Source: Octopus bimaculoides (lineage: Eukaryota). From it: a DNA stretch of 64,000 nt. Location: the NCBI RefSeq assembly GCF_001194135.2, contig NC_068996.1, positions 2,545,880 through 2,609,879 on the forward strand, given 5' to 3'. Position numbers and translations under genes: made by a program. A model generated the notes under the pieces. It was not told the DNA's origin. It made no database searches and saw only the letters and a program-made list of their open reading frames with translations. Positions 63,841-64,000 of the stretch are shown here, piece by piece. Positions within the stretch are counted from its first letter, which is position 1, and each line of letters begins with the position of its first letter.

Positions 63841-64000
63841 GTATGTATGTATGCATGTAAAATATGTTATTTCTTTTCTAACAGCAAGCACAATACAGTT
63901 TTTGTTTTCTTGAACAGTGCCAGTTCATTTATATAAATGTATAATTTTAATTACACCTCCACCATTAATGATAGGATCCTATCTCCTCTGTTTCTCTTTT

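Overview
AT-rich eukaryotic DNA with five N-gaps, many microsatellites and layers of transposable-element fossils. The tRNA-derived SINEs and (ATG)n-tailed RTE ends resemble those of octopus, so this is most likely an Octopus intronic or intergenic region (inferred from repeat content only). Recognisable elements include RTE, CR1/L2-type, R4/Dong-type and Penelope-like retroelement fragments, a mariner fragment and MITE, and a 2.5-kb Buster-type hAT element with intact termini and TSD. There are also three hAT MITEs, several TTAA (piggyBac-type) MITEs, three SINE families and a 1.1-kb CpG-rich probable solo LTR. Only one host coding exon is reasonably supported (9814-9924, +, 37 codons, product unidentified), with candidate upstream non-coding exons. 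I found no intact gene, tRNA/rRNA gene, CRISPR array or convincing new biological system. The best leads are a C4HC3 PHD finger inside the RT domain of an RTE family, truncated LINEs whose 5' junctions copy nearby downstream sequence, a fixed-stem hairpin array in an RTE 3' UTR, the solo LTR with its GTTGG motif cluster, and the orphan exon. All alignments and counts were done by eye. Boundaries of decayed elements are approximate unless a TSD is quoted.
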